From: Nitrososphaerales archaeon
Lineage (GTDB): Archaea; Thermoproteota; Nitrososphaeria; Nitrososphaerales; UBA213
Direction: 5' to 3'
Assembly (NCBI GenBank): GCA_965197925.1
Contig: CBDAOC010000019.1
Span: forward strand, 224,001-288,000
DNA: 64,000 nucleotides
The notes beneath the pieces were generated by a model, which was not told the DNA's origin, did not search any database, and saw only the letters and a list, made by a program, of their open reading frames with translations. Shown here piece by piece: positions 10,533-21,166 of this stretch. Each line of letters begins with the position of its first letter. The first letter of the stretch is position 1. Made by a program: the position numbers and the translations under genes.

Positions 10533-10993
10533 TGACAGCTTACTTGGTTGTTCGAATCATTGGTACAGTGAATGTGCCTTCATGGGCTGACAAGACAATG
10601 CGATTATTGAATCTCGACAGGAAATTCAGGGCTACAATAATACCGGAAAATGCATCATTTGCGGGTATGTTGCAAAAGGTAAAGAACTATGTTGCTTGGT
10701 GCAAGGCTGATGAAGAAACCGTAAAGACATTGATTGAAAGGAGAGCAAGAAAAAGTGGTTACAGAAAGATTAATGATGAAGACATAAAAGCTATGGGATG
10801 TGAAAATCTGGGCGAACTAGCAGTCGCCATTACAAATGGTAAAATTTCATTGTCACAATTGGACATAAAACCATGGTTTGCGCTAGCTCCTCCTCGAACT
10901 GGATTTAAGAGAAGTACAAAGCGTATGTACCAAAATGAAGGTATTACGGGGGAAAATAAGGAATTGGCGTCACTTGTGAAGAAGATGATTTAG
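10532..10993 (+). CDS. rpl30: 50S ribosomal protein L30
   Basis: Motifs YLVVRIIG, GMLQKVKNYVAW and LAPPRTGF; follows rps5. Confidence 0.96.
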   Translation: MTAYLVVRIIGTVNVPSWADKTMRLLNLDRKFRATIIPENASFAGMLQKVKNYVAWCKADEETVKTLIERRARKSGYRKINDEDIKAMGCENLGELAVAITNGKISLSQLDIKPWFALAPPRTGFKRSTKRMYQNEGITGENKELASLVKKMI

Positions 10994-11929
10994 TGGTTAT
11001 CTTGGTAATAAGTTTATGACTGGGCGAATTTTCTTCGCTTGTAACTCTCATTTCTAAAGTTGTAATTCATCCTCTAACAAACACAAATTGTAAAGGGCTT
11101 AAACTTATCAATGATAAATAGGAATAATAAAGTTAGGAGAAACAAGAGTTAGATTTAACATAAGACATTATCATCTAAAATCAAAAAGTGAAATCAAAAA
11201 ATTGCCAAAAATCTTCATTATATTTTCGATTATTTCTTCATAACCTTGCATACTTTCATATAAATAATGTCAGATTTGTGCATGATAAAATATGCATCTC
11301 CTACATTGATTGTCTCTTAATATTTCCATTTGGACAATAGATTGCTAATTACATATTTCATGGTGAAATTGTCAGCTAAAACCTATTTATCGTAATTCGT
11401 TGTTGGGTGATGTGATCATAGGCCATACAATTCCTATTCAATACTTCTCCATGAATATCTATATTCAATATTCCGGTGTATTTTGCCATGACCTCATTAA
11501 GCTGATCCTGTTTATAGTGTCTCTAGACGATGAAAATACATCATGAAATGGTCCTGATACATGCAATTTTTGGTAATCCATGGAGTGAATATGCTAAACT
11601 TCACAATAATATGCTTAATTTATTATCAGGAAAAGTGCTCTTCTCCACATTCAAGTATTGAACACCTATCAATACGCTTGATTAAGTTATGAATGATTTA
11701 GACCCAAGAAAAATTGAATATATTCACGTTTTTATTAAAATGATCAAGAGATTAATCTGATTATTTGCTATGTCCAGAAAACAAAGAAATATTATCGACA
11801 AAATCCTTATTTTTGCAGACATATTCCAAAATAACTTGGTTGTAATAACTTTGTTATTTAATGTAACAATAACAACTAGCAAGACTTAATTTAGACCTCT
11901 TTATATGAGCTTACAAATTCCCAGTAAAG

Positions 11930-12358
11930 GTGTTTGAGATAACAACGAGATTTAGAAAGACTAGGAAGTTAAGAGCTTCTAGGACCTATGGTTGGGGTCA
12001 AATCGGTCAGCATAGGGGTTCAGGTCATAAGGGTGGTCACGGTAAAGCGGGCCTGCACAAACACCATTGGACCCGTACTGTAATGTTTGCCAAAAGATAT
12101 TTTGGTAGACCTGGATTTCATAATCCGACGACTACAGTTACCAAAAAGTGGATTAATATTGGTGATTTGGATAATTTGTTCGTCAAGAGTGGTAAGGTTG
12201 AAAATGGGAAGAATGTGATAGATTTAATATCATTGGGCTATAACAAATTGCTCGCAAGGGGCAATGTGGCCAACAAGTATAGTGTAATAATTAACTCTTT
12301 TTCTAAGAATGCCAAAGTGAAGATTGAAAGTGTGGCTGGGGAAGTGTTGACTCAATGA
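11930..12358 (+). CDS. rpl15: 50S ribosomal protein L15
   Basis: Motif RKTRKLRASRTYGWGQIGQHRGSGHKGGHGKAG. The exact start is uncertain. Confidence 0.95.
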   Translation: MFEITTRFRKTRKLRASRTYGWGQIGQHRGSGHKGGHGKAGLHKHHWTRTVMFAKRYFGRPGFHNPTTTVTKKWINIGDLDNLFVKSGKVENGKNVIDLISLGYNKLLARGNVANKYSVIINSFSKNAKVKIESVAGEVLTQ

Positions 12359-13797
12359 GTAGCTCCGCTTCTGGCTTTTTACAGGGAAAGATCAATATCA
12401 GGAAGGTAGTTAATACAGTAAGTAAATACGTGTGGCAGATCCCCAAACCAAAGAGGAAACTTTCGCTTACAGAAAGGTTTGTTTGGAGTGGTATGGCCCT
12501 CGTAATTTATTTAGTAATGGCCCAAATTCCCCTTTATGGTGCCCCGACAAGCATATTCGATCCCTTTGCATTTGCGAGAGTGATATTCGCATCACAACAA
12601 GGAACTCTGGTTGAGCTGGGTATAGGACCCATTGTTACAGCAGGGTTGCTTATGCAGTTGTTAAGAGGTTCTGAGATAATAAAGTTAGACTTCAAGAATC
12701 CAGAAGATAGATCGCTTTTCACAACTGCTACTAAAATAGTTACAATAGTTGTAATTTGTGTAGAAGCCCCTCTTTACGGTTCAGCTGTTTACCAAGTTCC
12801 TGCAAACATTGGTGTGATCTTAATCAGTCAGCTGATATTCGCAAGTATTGTTGTAATGATGCTTGATGAATTGGTACAAAAAGGATGGGGCCTTGGTAGT
12901 GGAATAAGCTTGTTTATATTGGCTGGTGTTGCGCAGCAGATTTTGTGGAGTACTTTTAGCCCATTACCGGCTGGAGATGGGTTCTCTATAGGTGTCCTTC
13001 CATTCATTATAGAATCGGTCACTAGCGGAGCTGCTAATTTTATGGATATCATGTTTAGGGTAGGGGGACTACCCAGTCTTTTTATATTGATACTAACAGG
13101 TGGTGTGATATTGTTGCTAGTTTATTCACAAGGAATAAGGATAGAAATACCCATAGTGTCAAGCAAATACAGAGGATTCACTGCTGTTTACCCAATAAAA
13201 TTAATGTATACATCTGTAATACCTGTTATATTTGCAACAGCGCTTACAGCAAATGCAATATTCTTGTCTCAGATATTTTGGGCAAGTTACAACCCAAGTA
13301 ATGAAAATCCATTCTTCAATTTTATAGCTCAATTCAATCCTGCTGATCCCCAAACTCCAATAGGTGGTTTGGCCTATTATCTCATTCCGCCTAGAGGCTT
13401 GGAAATTGCCGCACTTGACCCAATGAGGGCTGGAATATACATAGTGATAATTACTGGAATAGTAATTGTATTTGGTAGGCTATGGGTCGAGCTTGGAGGT
13501 CTTTCAGCTAAAGCGGCTGCCAAGAACCTGTTAGATTCCAATGTTCAGGTTCCTGGTTTTAGAAGGGCAGAACTATCTGTGGTACAACTCCTACAGCGGT
13601 ATATTCCTGCAGTAACAATCTTGGGATCTTTGTTCATTGGTTTATTGGCAGGTTTTTCAGATGTTCTTGGTCTCATTGGTACAGGAACGGGTATCCTCCT
13701 AATGGTTGATATTCTGTTTAATTATTACAACTTGCTGGTGAAGGAGAAGGTTGAAACCTTGATGCCAAAGCTTGGTGCTATACTTGGACGCAAATAA
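12355..13797 (+). CDS. secY: Protein translocase subunit SecY
   Basis: Motifs LGIGPIVTAG, GLGSGISLFI, YPIKLMY and VPGFR. Confidence 0.98.
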   Translation: MSSSASGFLQGKINIRKVVNTVSKYVWQIPKPKRKLSLTERFVWSGMALVIYLVMAQIPLYGAPTSIFDPFAFARVIFASQQGTLVELGIGPIVTAGLLMQLLRGSEIIKLDFKNPEDRSLFTTATKIVTIVVICVEAPLYGSAVYQVPANIGVILISQLIFASIVVMMLDELVQKGWGLGSGISLFILAGVAQQILWSTFSPLPAGDGFSIGVLPFIIESVTSGAANFMDIMFRVGGLPSLFILILTGGVILLLVYSQGIRIEIPIVSSKYRGFTAVYPIKLMYTSVIPVIFATALTANAIFLSQIFWASYNPSNENPFFNFIAQFNPADPQTPIGGLAYYLIPPRGLEIAALDPMRAGIYIVIITGIVIVFGRLWVELGGLSAKAAAKNLLDSNVQVPGFRRAELSVVQLLQRYIPAVTILGSLFIGLLAGFSDVLGLIGTGTGILLMVDILFNYYNLLVKEKVETLMPKLGAILGRK

Positions 13798-14093
13798 GAG
13801 ATTACCTTTGGGCAGTCCATTCAGGTTATAACCTTGAGATATTAGCTGGTAAGAAAAATCATAAACATTTTGTTTTAAAGCAATATGCATAAAGAATTTT
13901 CGTGTAGGCAACCAGAATAATAAGGAGAATATTCGCTTTACAAAGGATGATATATAAGGTGTACCGGCGGTACTGCAAATCATTATGTTGTTATATTGGA
14001 TATCAATTTGGGTGCCAACTACGGGAACAATAAATACCAATGTATTGGCACATCAAGTGGAAAGGCAGGAAAGAAACATCTATGTGATAGGAA

Positions 14094-14906
14094 TTGATTG
14101 ATATACCCCTTACACTTTATTTTATGCAGGTTATTACACTACAACTTTCACCACCTACAGGTTCTGTGAACCCATACGTATCAAGCATGATCGGTGCAGC
14201 TCTGTTAATTTTGCTTATTGCAGTAGGACTCCAGGCTCTATATGCTTGGCTAAGACGAAAGATGACTGATCAAGGAAAGATGAAGCGAATCATGAATGAA
14301 ACAAAGGATTGGAGAAAACAGTACATGGACGCTATGCGAAAGAAGGATAAGGAATTGATTGACAAGTTGAAGAAGAAACAACAATACGTTAACAAAATGC
14401 AAATGGAGATGATGCAGATGAATTTCAAACCGATGATAGTGTTCATGATTCCAATGTTTGCCATTTGGTGGCTCTTTTTACCCGCTGTTTTTGGTAATAC
14501 GGTAGCTATATCACCAATCTCGTTAAACATTCTAGGCGATCTTATGCCTATTACATGTACAACAGCAATGATTGAACAGGATGTTGTGGAAATCACTGAT
14601 GAACTTGGAGATAAAGTCAATGAGATGCGAAGTGAAGGGAGTGTTACCAGAGGCGACGAGGTTCTAGCGTTAGCTGAGGATGCCAAGCAACTTTCTACAG
14701 AAGGAAACTACCTTGGCGCAAGAGAGAAGCTAATTGAAGCCTACGATGTTTTGAATGTAGGTCTGGATGAGAAAGTATCGGTAGAGGTCCCCAGATGTAC
14801 CGCAGAAAATGAAATGTTCCTATGGGCATGGTATGTTATATCTTCCATAGCTGTTAGTAGTGTTATCATGAAGGTAACAAAAACTGGAACAGATTATGGA
14901 CTTTAA
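14094..14906 (+). CDS. DUF106 / EMC3-TMCO1 (Oxa1 superfamily) membrane insertase-like protein with an inserted helical loop
   Basis: TM helix, then coiled coil with QMEMMQMNFKPM, then TM helix; C-terminal WYVISS; located downstream of secY. Confidence 0.88.
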   Translation: MIDIPLTLYFMQVITLQLSPPTGSVNPYVSSMIGAALLILLIAVGLQALYAWLRRKMTDQGKMKRIMNETKDWRKQYMDAMRKKDKELIDKLKKKQQYVNKMQMEMMQMNFKPMIVFMIPMFAIWWLFLPAVFGNTVAISPISLNILGDLMPITCTTAMIEQDVVEITDELGDKVNEMRSEGSVTRGDEVLALAEDAKQLSTEGNYLGAREKLIEAYDVLNVGLDEKVSVEVPRCTAENEMFLWAWYVISSIAVSSVIMKVTKTGTDYGL

Positions 14907-14938
14907 TTTTGATTGGATCTATGTGTCTCAAATGAACA

Positions 14939-15207
14939 TGCTGTGTCAAATAATAAACCAAAAGATCGTGGATGTTTGATGGAATGAGATTTTGATCAGT
15001 TATTATCATTGAGATTCATGCCTGATATGAACTGGAAAATGTATAATGTACTCTTAAGAGGAGGAGAGATATTTGATATGGATTTCATAGATTCATGGTC
15101 TGGTGAATTAGTGAGAATGAATGTAGGTAAGTAATCCATTCATGTATCCAGAATCATTCCTAGCGATGCTTTCTTTTGTGCTTGCTTACCCTCATATCTG
15201 GCATATC
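14939..15207 (+). mobile_element. IS5-family (IS903-like group) transposase 5' remnant
   Basis: Across frameshifts it reads MNWKMYNVLL-RRGEIF-DMDFIDSWSGELVRMNVGK-PFMYPESF. Possible end sequence GCTGTGTCAAATAA near 14940. Confidence 0.65.
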
Positions 15208-15904
15208 CTTTACCTATAAGGTAGGTATAATAAAACACACAACAGACAACAGGCTAAACCTCTACTGTACGCCCATATATAGCCATAAATCAAAGGGTGT
15301 TGTCTGTTGTGTGGTTGTTTTTTTCCTGTTTTGACCGTTCTATCATAAAATGTAAATGCTTGAAGCCCTAAGGTAGGGCATGAGGTCCAGAAAACAACAT
15401 ACCGATATGACAAAATATGCCTTCTCTAATATCGAAAAGGAAACAATCGAAAGTCAACAGTGCAATAGATAACCCCGACATGTTTACTTCATTGATCTCT
15501 AACATTCTACAACCTGTTATCAAACAATACCCCATAATGAGGGCTAGAGTTAATCCTATTGGACATAAAAGTTAATCATGACATTATATCGGCTGCCCTA
15601 GTCGGGTATATGTAAGGGGAACTGACGGAACTATCACAGCGTTAAATCATTTATTCCAGGATGTTATAACTGACCAGCTAAAGGAAATTAATTTATCAAA
15701 TGCACCGCAAGTTTATCTGAGTGGTTTGTTTGAGTCAAGAAAATCAGGATAGAGAAATGGCAATTGCAACTCTAGTCGATGGAGTTGGTTCCTTATTGGT
15801 TCAAGATGACATAAAAGATTTCGATTATTTTTCATATTACAACCGACAGAAGGGAGATCCCCATATAGGATTTGGTACCTGAAGACATGAAGTCCTTTTC
15901 ACCA

Positions 15905-15990
15905 TTAGCAGGTAGATTTGGGATTCAAAATAGCTAGATCATTTGGTATATTCCATATGGTCGGCATGCTCTTTTTCTTAGCTTTTCCCA
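15905..15990 (-). mobile_element. IS5-family transposase N-terminal stub
   Basis: KKKSMPTIWNIPNDL resembles the PTIWEIPDDLW start of archaeal IS5 transposases; the frame then breaks. Confidence 0.5.
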
Positions 15991-17002
15991 CAAATTTAGC
16001 TAGAGAGGACAGATCTAGATCTGTTTCGGTATAAACAATTAGGCTATGATGTTAATTTTCGGATAGGCTCTTATTTATAGCAATTATAAATCTCCATCGG
16101 TTGATCAGAACGACCTAGGCCTATAGAAACACTTGTTCATCATTATGCAATCTCTTTCCAAAACTAAATTTGGAAAAGCGGTTGTTAGTATTTCATATAA
16201 CCATCATACGATTATGACAGATAGATCTGAACATAATATCAATTGTCAAAGTAGATAGCTAGTGGTATAAGGCATCACAAAGGAATACATGGTTGGGTAA
16301 AATAAGACTTATGTACCAAATATTTTATGAAAGTATGATCAGAGAACCAAGGTAAGTGCCTTTTTGTTCCTGATTGATGCTGTTTATGTTTTACTTACTA
16401 TCAATTCAACACCTGTATGCAATATAGGTTTGTCTTACATCATTAAGGGCGAATCCCCCCCTTAATTGACTGTTATCATTTCTTAATTCGAAGAGTCTTT
16501 TGAACAGAATGAATCAAGCTAATAATTCATCCATCATGATGGTTCCTTTAAACCATTTCTTTATTATGCCATCATCATTACGCTCAGGGAAGTGTATTAA
16601 ACAGTGCAAATTTTTGATGATCTTAGCAATACTTGAGGGAACAATTATCCTCGCTCTTCTTCAACATCATGTTTCAAGACCTCTAAATACATCAATTCCC
16701 TTACAACAGTTGCAGTAATACTCCCCCAATCTTGCCCGTAGTCTACCCAATTTCCTTTGAAATCAGATACTAATTGTATTTTTCTTTGTTAGATTTTCTC
16801 GGGTTCCAGACATGGGATACTAATTTTTTTCTCGATTAACGCACTTTGGTGATGAACCGAATGGTAGACCTTTCAGTGTTCTGCTTTCGAAGTATTTGTG
16901 AATTAATTGAACGTATTCATGTCATTGACGCTAGCCCTTCACTTAAATGAATTCTCTCTTCCCCTTCTTAGTTCAAATGTTAATTAAGGTCTTTAATGAA
17001 GT

Positions 17003-17963
17003 GGCTCTGTAGAAACCATACCAAAAATACAGTTAATCTATGCATGTTGTAGGCAATTACTCTGAAGAACAGCTCCCTGTTCTGCATTCTAACAGATCTT
17101 GATAGTATATGCTCACCAAACATTCTCTTTACCACAGACAGTATGGTTTCGTTCTTGTTACTCTGACAGTAAAGTTCCTTGTAGAATCTCCTCTCCATCT
17201 GCTTCCTGTATCTTCCATGCGTTCTCCATACTGGTACATCTCCATATCTAGCAGGGACTGCTCACAGCACCTAGATACTCTCTAACAAATTCGTGATTTG
17301 CTTCGCTATCATAGCCTTTATCAGCTGCAACTATAGACAATAGCATTATACTTGATGCCCTTTGCAGCAATGGTGTGAAATCTATAGTATCGTGTCTTGG
17401 CCCTCTTCTTATCTTCAAAGAACATGCCAGCTGCTCTCTCACTTCAGCACCTATAGACAGCTTGATGTAACGCTTCCTTATTCCTGCTACATCAGTATAA
17501 TATGATGAAGCGTTACTGGATTTGAATCCAGACGCATCTATTCCCACAAACATCTTCCTTACCTTCGTAAGAAGGATGAATGAACTGATTATCCTGTACA
17601 GAAGCATGTCATTCATCCTTGAAGCAAACTTCTGCAGTGTTGTATAATGGGGTACTATATCTAGATGTAGAAAGATCCTCAGGTAGTATGCTTCATGCAG
17701 CCATTCCACAAACCTCCTGTAGCTCTTCCCTTCATACTGCCTTAATGCCAGAAGGATTGTATGCTGCCATACAGTGTAGATATGATTGCTCTTCTTGTGT
17801 ATGTACAGGGATATCCTGGCCTTTATCAAAACATTGAGCATGGTTCTAGCAAGTTTGACATACCTTGACTCTTTCATGCATAGGCAGGAGTTATATGTGA
17901 TACATTGATCTCATGGTGCAATTCCGTGCACAACAGGCTAAAATCTATGGTTTCTACACAGCT
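17003..17963 (-). mobile_element. IS5-family (ISH1-like group) element C, frameshifted transposase
   Basis: TIRs GGCTCTGTAGAAACCATA / TATGGTTTCTACACAGC. The transposase is split into 17248-17877 and 16980-17198, with motifs GIDASG, ADKGYDS and NETILSVVKRMFGE. No clear TSD. Confidence 0.9.
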
Positions 17964-18006
17964 GTGATTACCATCAATATATTTAATAGTTATAGACCAA
18001 CTATGA

Positions 18007-18717
18007 AAAATAATACCGAATTCAGATGGGGAACTAGGTACAGAGAATCCACCAGGATCTGGACTGTATGAAGATAGTAACATACCAGGTTCAGAAGATG
18101 ATAGTGAAGTTTTTGAATTTAGTAAATGGGGTTTTAAATGTGTTATTGGAACCTTTTCAAGGAAAGGACCCATGGGACATGTAACAAAATTCGTACCAGA
18201 TAATAAGAAAGTGGAATGTAAAATAGTATATGGTGCGGCGGTGGTTAATGTAGATGGAGCTGAAACATGTATCATTAGACCTAGATTTAAAGTATGTACA
18301 AAATCGGGTGTAACGAAAACTTATGAATGGTATCAAGTGGCATGTACATCCTTTGGGATTAGTGACTATGCTACAGAGATAAGGTTTCTCTTTGAAAAAC
18401 CAGATATTGTGTGTTTAACAAACTGGACCAAAGCGGCAATAAATATATTCTTAGACCTACTCAAAGCTGGACTGGGGAGCGAGGAAGCTAAAAAAGTAGC
18501 TAGAACCTTGGTGGGTATGAGTGTAAATTCCAGAAATAAGCCAACAGAGGAACTTATAGCGCAACAGTTTGCACAAAGTGAAAGTTTTAGTTTGTTAACT
18601 AGAAAAAATGAAAATAAGTTTGAAAAATTAAAAAGTCTTAGTATGTTAACTCCAAAGAATGAAAATAAGTTTGAAAAATTAAACGAAGAGGAAAAAATCG
18701 AATCGCCAAAAGAGTAA
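18007..18717 (+). pseudogene. Cys-containing hypothetical protein, 5'-truncated next to IS C
   Basis: The frame of ORF 18172-18717 stays open upstream to a TGA at 18004-18006. A 17-aa tandem repeat lies near the C-terminus. Confidence 0.5.
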
Positions 18718-18755
18718 AATACTTAATCAAAATAAAAAAGAAAAGATTAGTGTTA

Positions 18756-19112
18756 CTATTGAGCAGTTGAGATTCTACAAGTTGAAGTTTAATCTAATAC
18801 GGCTCCTGCAACTCTATGAATTCCAGTTATAATTACTTGTTGTACTTCATTCCTACTAGAAGCTTCCATCTCTAGATCCCTAGCAGAGCCTAGACCTAGT
18901 GAATGTCCTTTAACCCACATCACATTCCTGAATGTGTTGTTTGTTGTGTTAGTCTGAGCTTTTACTGTGTTAGTTACTGTGATATCTACTCCGTATATCC
19001 TCTCCAACATTCCACTAACGGTTATATTTGGATTAACGAACTGGGTTAGGTTAAATAGATCAGATTCAAGTGACAATTCTGCGTAAGATTTCTCATTTAA
19101 TGCTAATACAAG
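18756..19112 (-). pseudogene. C-terminal fragment of a viral major capsid-like protein (HK97-type)
   Basis: Reads LVLALNEKSYAEL...SGMLERIYGVDITVTNTV...HSLGLGSARDLEMEASSRNEVQQVIITGIHRVAGAVLD*TSTCRISTAQ**. It has a premature TAA at 18789-18791, a double stop at 18753-18758 and a T-rich terminator after. Confidence 0.72.
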
Positions 19113-19115
19113 CTA

Positions 19116-19397
19116 AAAGGTTTCAACCCTTGTTAGTCCAAATATGAAACAAAGTCATCCAAAACAGAATAGGGGTCTAGAAATTGTTTCTTTATCGCTA
19201 GTATGGTATCTAACATAGGGTTATGATATTTCATGAAATTGTTTCTTTATCGCTAGTATGGTATCTAACATAGGGTTATGATATTTCATTTCGCAAAACT
19301 TATCAAATTTTTTCAATGCATACATTACAACATCCTTCAAGTATTCGGAATGATAACTACGGTAAATTAATGCAATGAAATCTTCAGCGAATTTCAT
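19116..19397 (-). pseudogene. Tyrosine integrase N-terminal stub 1
   Basis: Reads MKFAEDFIALIYRSYHSE...ALKKFDKFC...LDPYSVLDDFVSYLD*QGLKP. It aligns by eye with stub 2 at 23601-24011 and is broken by a 55-bp duplication and a TAA. Confidence 0.65.
19180..19289. repeat. Exact 55-bp tandem duplication
   Basis: GAAATTGTTTCTTTATCGCTAGTATGGTATCTAACATAGGGTTATGATATTTCAT occurs at 19180 and at 19235. Confidence 0.97.
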
Positions 19398-19540
19398 GTT
19401 TCTGAGTAATTAATACATCTGCGAATATTTAAACAAAATTTAATTAGGAATAAATTGCTAATTATATCTATATAATTTCAATTCTAATTTAACTACAAAG
19501 ATCACCTATATGAAACACTTAAATCCATTTTGGTAAAGAT

Positions 19541-19786
19541 ATGCATATGGTCTCAGATTCAGTACCCTCGTTTGTGAATGGTATACTCGCGGGTGCAGGT
19601 GCTCTAGTTGCTATAATGGCATTTTCCTTCACACAATTGGTAGGTAAGTATGAAGGAGTCATGGGGATCACTACTGTAGAAATGCGCGTAGCAATAATTC
19701 TTGGGGGAATAGTTTGTGCAACAGCTGTAGGTTACGAATTTTACCGTTTGAGATCGGTTAAACAACAAGATGTGAGCTTTTCCTAA
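19541..19786 (+). CDS. Small two-TM membrane protein
   Basis: Two hydrophobic helices; TTAAAT upstream. Confidence 0.6.
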   Translation: MHMVSDSVPSFVNGILAGAGALVAIMAFSFTQLVGKYEGVMGITTVEMRVAIILGGIVCATAVGYEFYRLRSVKQQDVSFS

Positions 19787-20103
19787 CGGGTATATGAATG
19801 AAATCAGCTATGCAATTAGTATTTTCAGTTTTTTTCTGTGGTCTGTAATGAATATAGCATTTACAAGAACTTTTGACATTATTCTAACAGAATGGATTTT
19901 CCGCTTATTCATATAGAAAGGGAGAGGTATTTTGCTGTACAAGCAAACATATTTGTTCTAAACGTTACAAGGCTTTGGAGTTTTAAACGTTCTTCCTGAG
20001 TATAGTATAAAGCGTAATTCACATGTTTCTTGTTATAGCTAAACACTGAAGGCAATTTATTATAATGGTGTAAAAATTGAATTTTGTTTTTGCCGCAAAA
20101 CCG

Positions 20104-21024
20104 TTAATGTTGCCAAATATTGCCCAATTGTTTTTTTGCGTACAGACCTGCTATGATCACTATGAACACTGATGACAAAAGAATGAATATTGTAAAGGGA
20201 AACTCAGGGACTGAGAAGTATGAACCCTTCCCAATACGTTCATCATAAATAAACATCACATTCTTTACGTCATCATGTAAAAAGAACAACAACATTCCCC
20301 TTACGGTACTTCCCGGCTCAAGCTCCCCATTCCTTAAGGGATTATCTAGTGAAAATAGGTTTTGAACATCTATTGGGTACAGACGACCCTTATCATCTTT
20401 TACAAAAGCATAAAAAGGGCTATAATGGATAGTTTCGTTGCTAGTATTCTTAATCGATATATCAATAACATATGCTTTTGAGGAGGAACTCATTAATTCT
20501 TGATGTATTGTCAATTCAGATCTTCCATCAGTGTAAGTTTTGCCCTTGTTGGAAGTCAAAATCCAATCACTTTGTAAAGGCTGGTCCGCAGGGATTTTAG
20601 TACTAGTCAGTTCCACAGTGATCTCTAACGTATCAGATTCTTTCCATACGAAGAGTGTTGGAATAGTATTGTTTGGTACAATAAACGTCATTTTACCTTT
20701 GAGAATATCATCAGAAGGTATCCTTATCGGTAATATGCCTTTTTGTAAAGGATCTACACCGTATTGATTACCCTTGCTATCAATCATTCGTACAAAAAAA
20801 TGATTAAAACTTCTAGCATTGGGTTCGATATTTTTTATAATCATACCCACATCAACTTGTTTAGTAGTGTTATGTTCAGTCAATATTGCTTCCGTCATCT
20901 CATAAACATATATCTGCATCTCTTGATTTCCTACGATCTCTTTTATGGACCCAGTGTTAGATGCAAAAGCTAATGATGTTGCGAGTACTGTAGATATTGC
21001 AACGATTAAGAGAATTTTTAACAT
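20104..21024 (-). CDS. Secreted surface protein with two DUF4352-like Ig domains and a PEF-CTERM-like anchor
   Basis: Signal peptide from ATG 21024; repeated D-KG-Y ... G-L/I-F pattern; C-terminal VPEFP followed by a TM helix and KK. Confidence 0.75.
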   Translation of the reverse strand: MLKILLIVAISTVLATSLAFASNTGSIKEIVGNQEMQIYVYEMTEAILTEHNTTKQVDVGMIIKNIEPNARSFNHFFVRMIDSKGNQYGVDPLQKGILPIRIPSDDILKGKMTFIVPNNTIPTLFVWKESDTLEITVELTSTKIPADQPLQSDWILTSNKGKTYTDGRSELTIHQELMSSSSKAYVIDISIKNTSNETIHYSPFYAFVKDDKGRLYPIDVQNLFSLDNPLRNGELEPGSTVRGMLLFFLHDDVKNVMFIYDERIGKGSYFSVPEFPFTIFILLSSVFIVIIAGLYAKKQLGNIWQH

Positions 21025-21166
21025 GTAAAAAATATTGTAATTAAGGACATTAATTGGTTTTGAATCATGATTGGTAGTGATAAAGTTTAATACCAAAACT
21101 TAATTCACCTATGAATGCTAGTCGAATTTTGGGGAATGACATGCAAAATTTAATGTTCGATAATGC

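Noticed and set aside
19180..19289. 55-bp direct repeat as a possible CRISPR array
   Set aside because: There are only two abutting copies, with no spacer and no cas genes; it is a tandem duplication inside an integrase stub.
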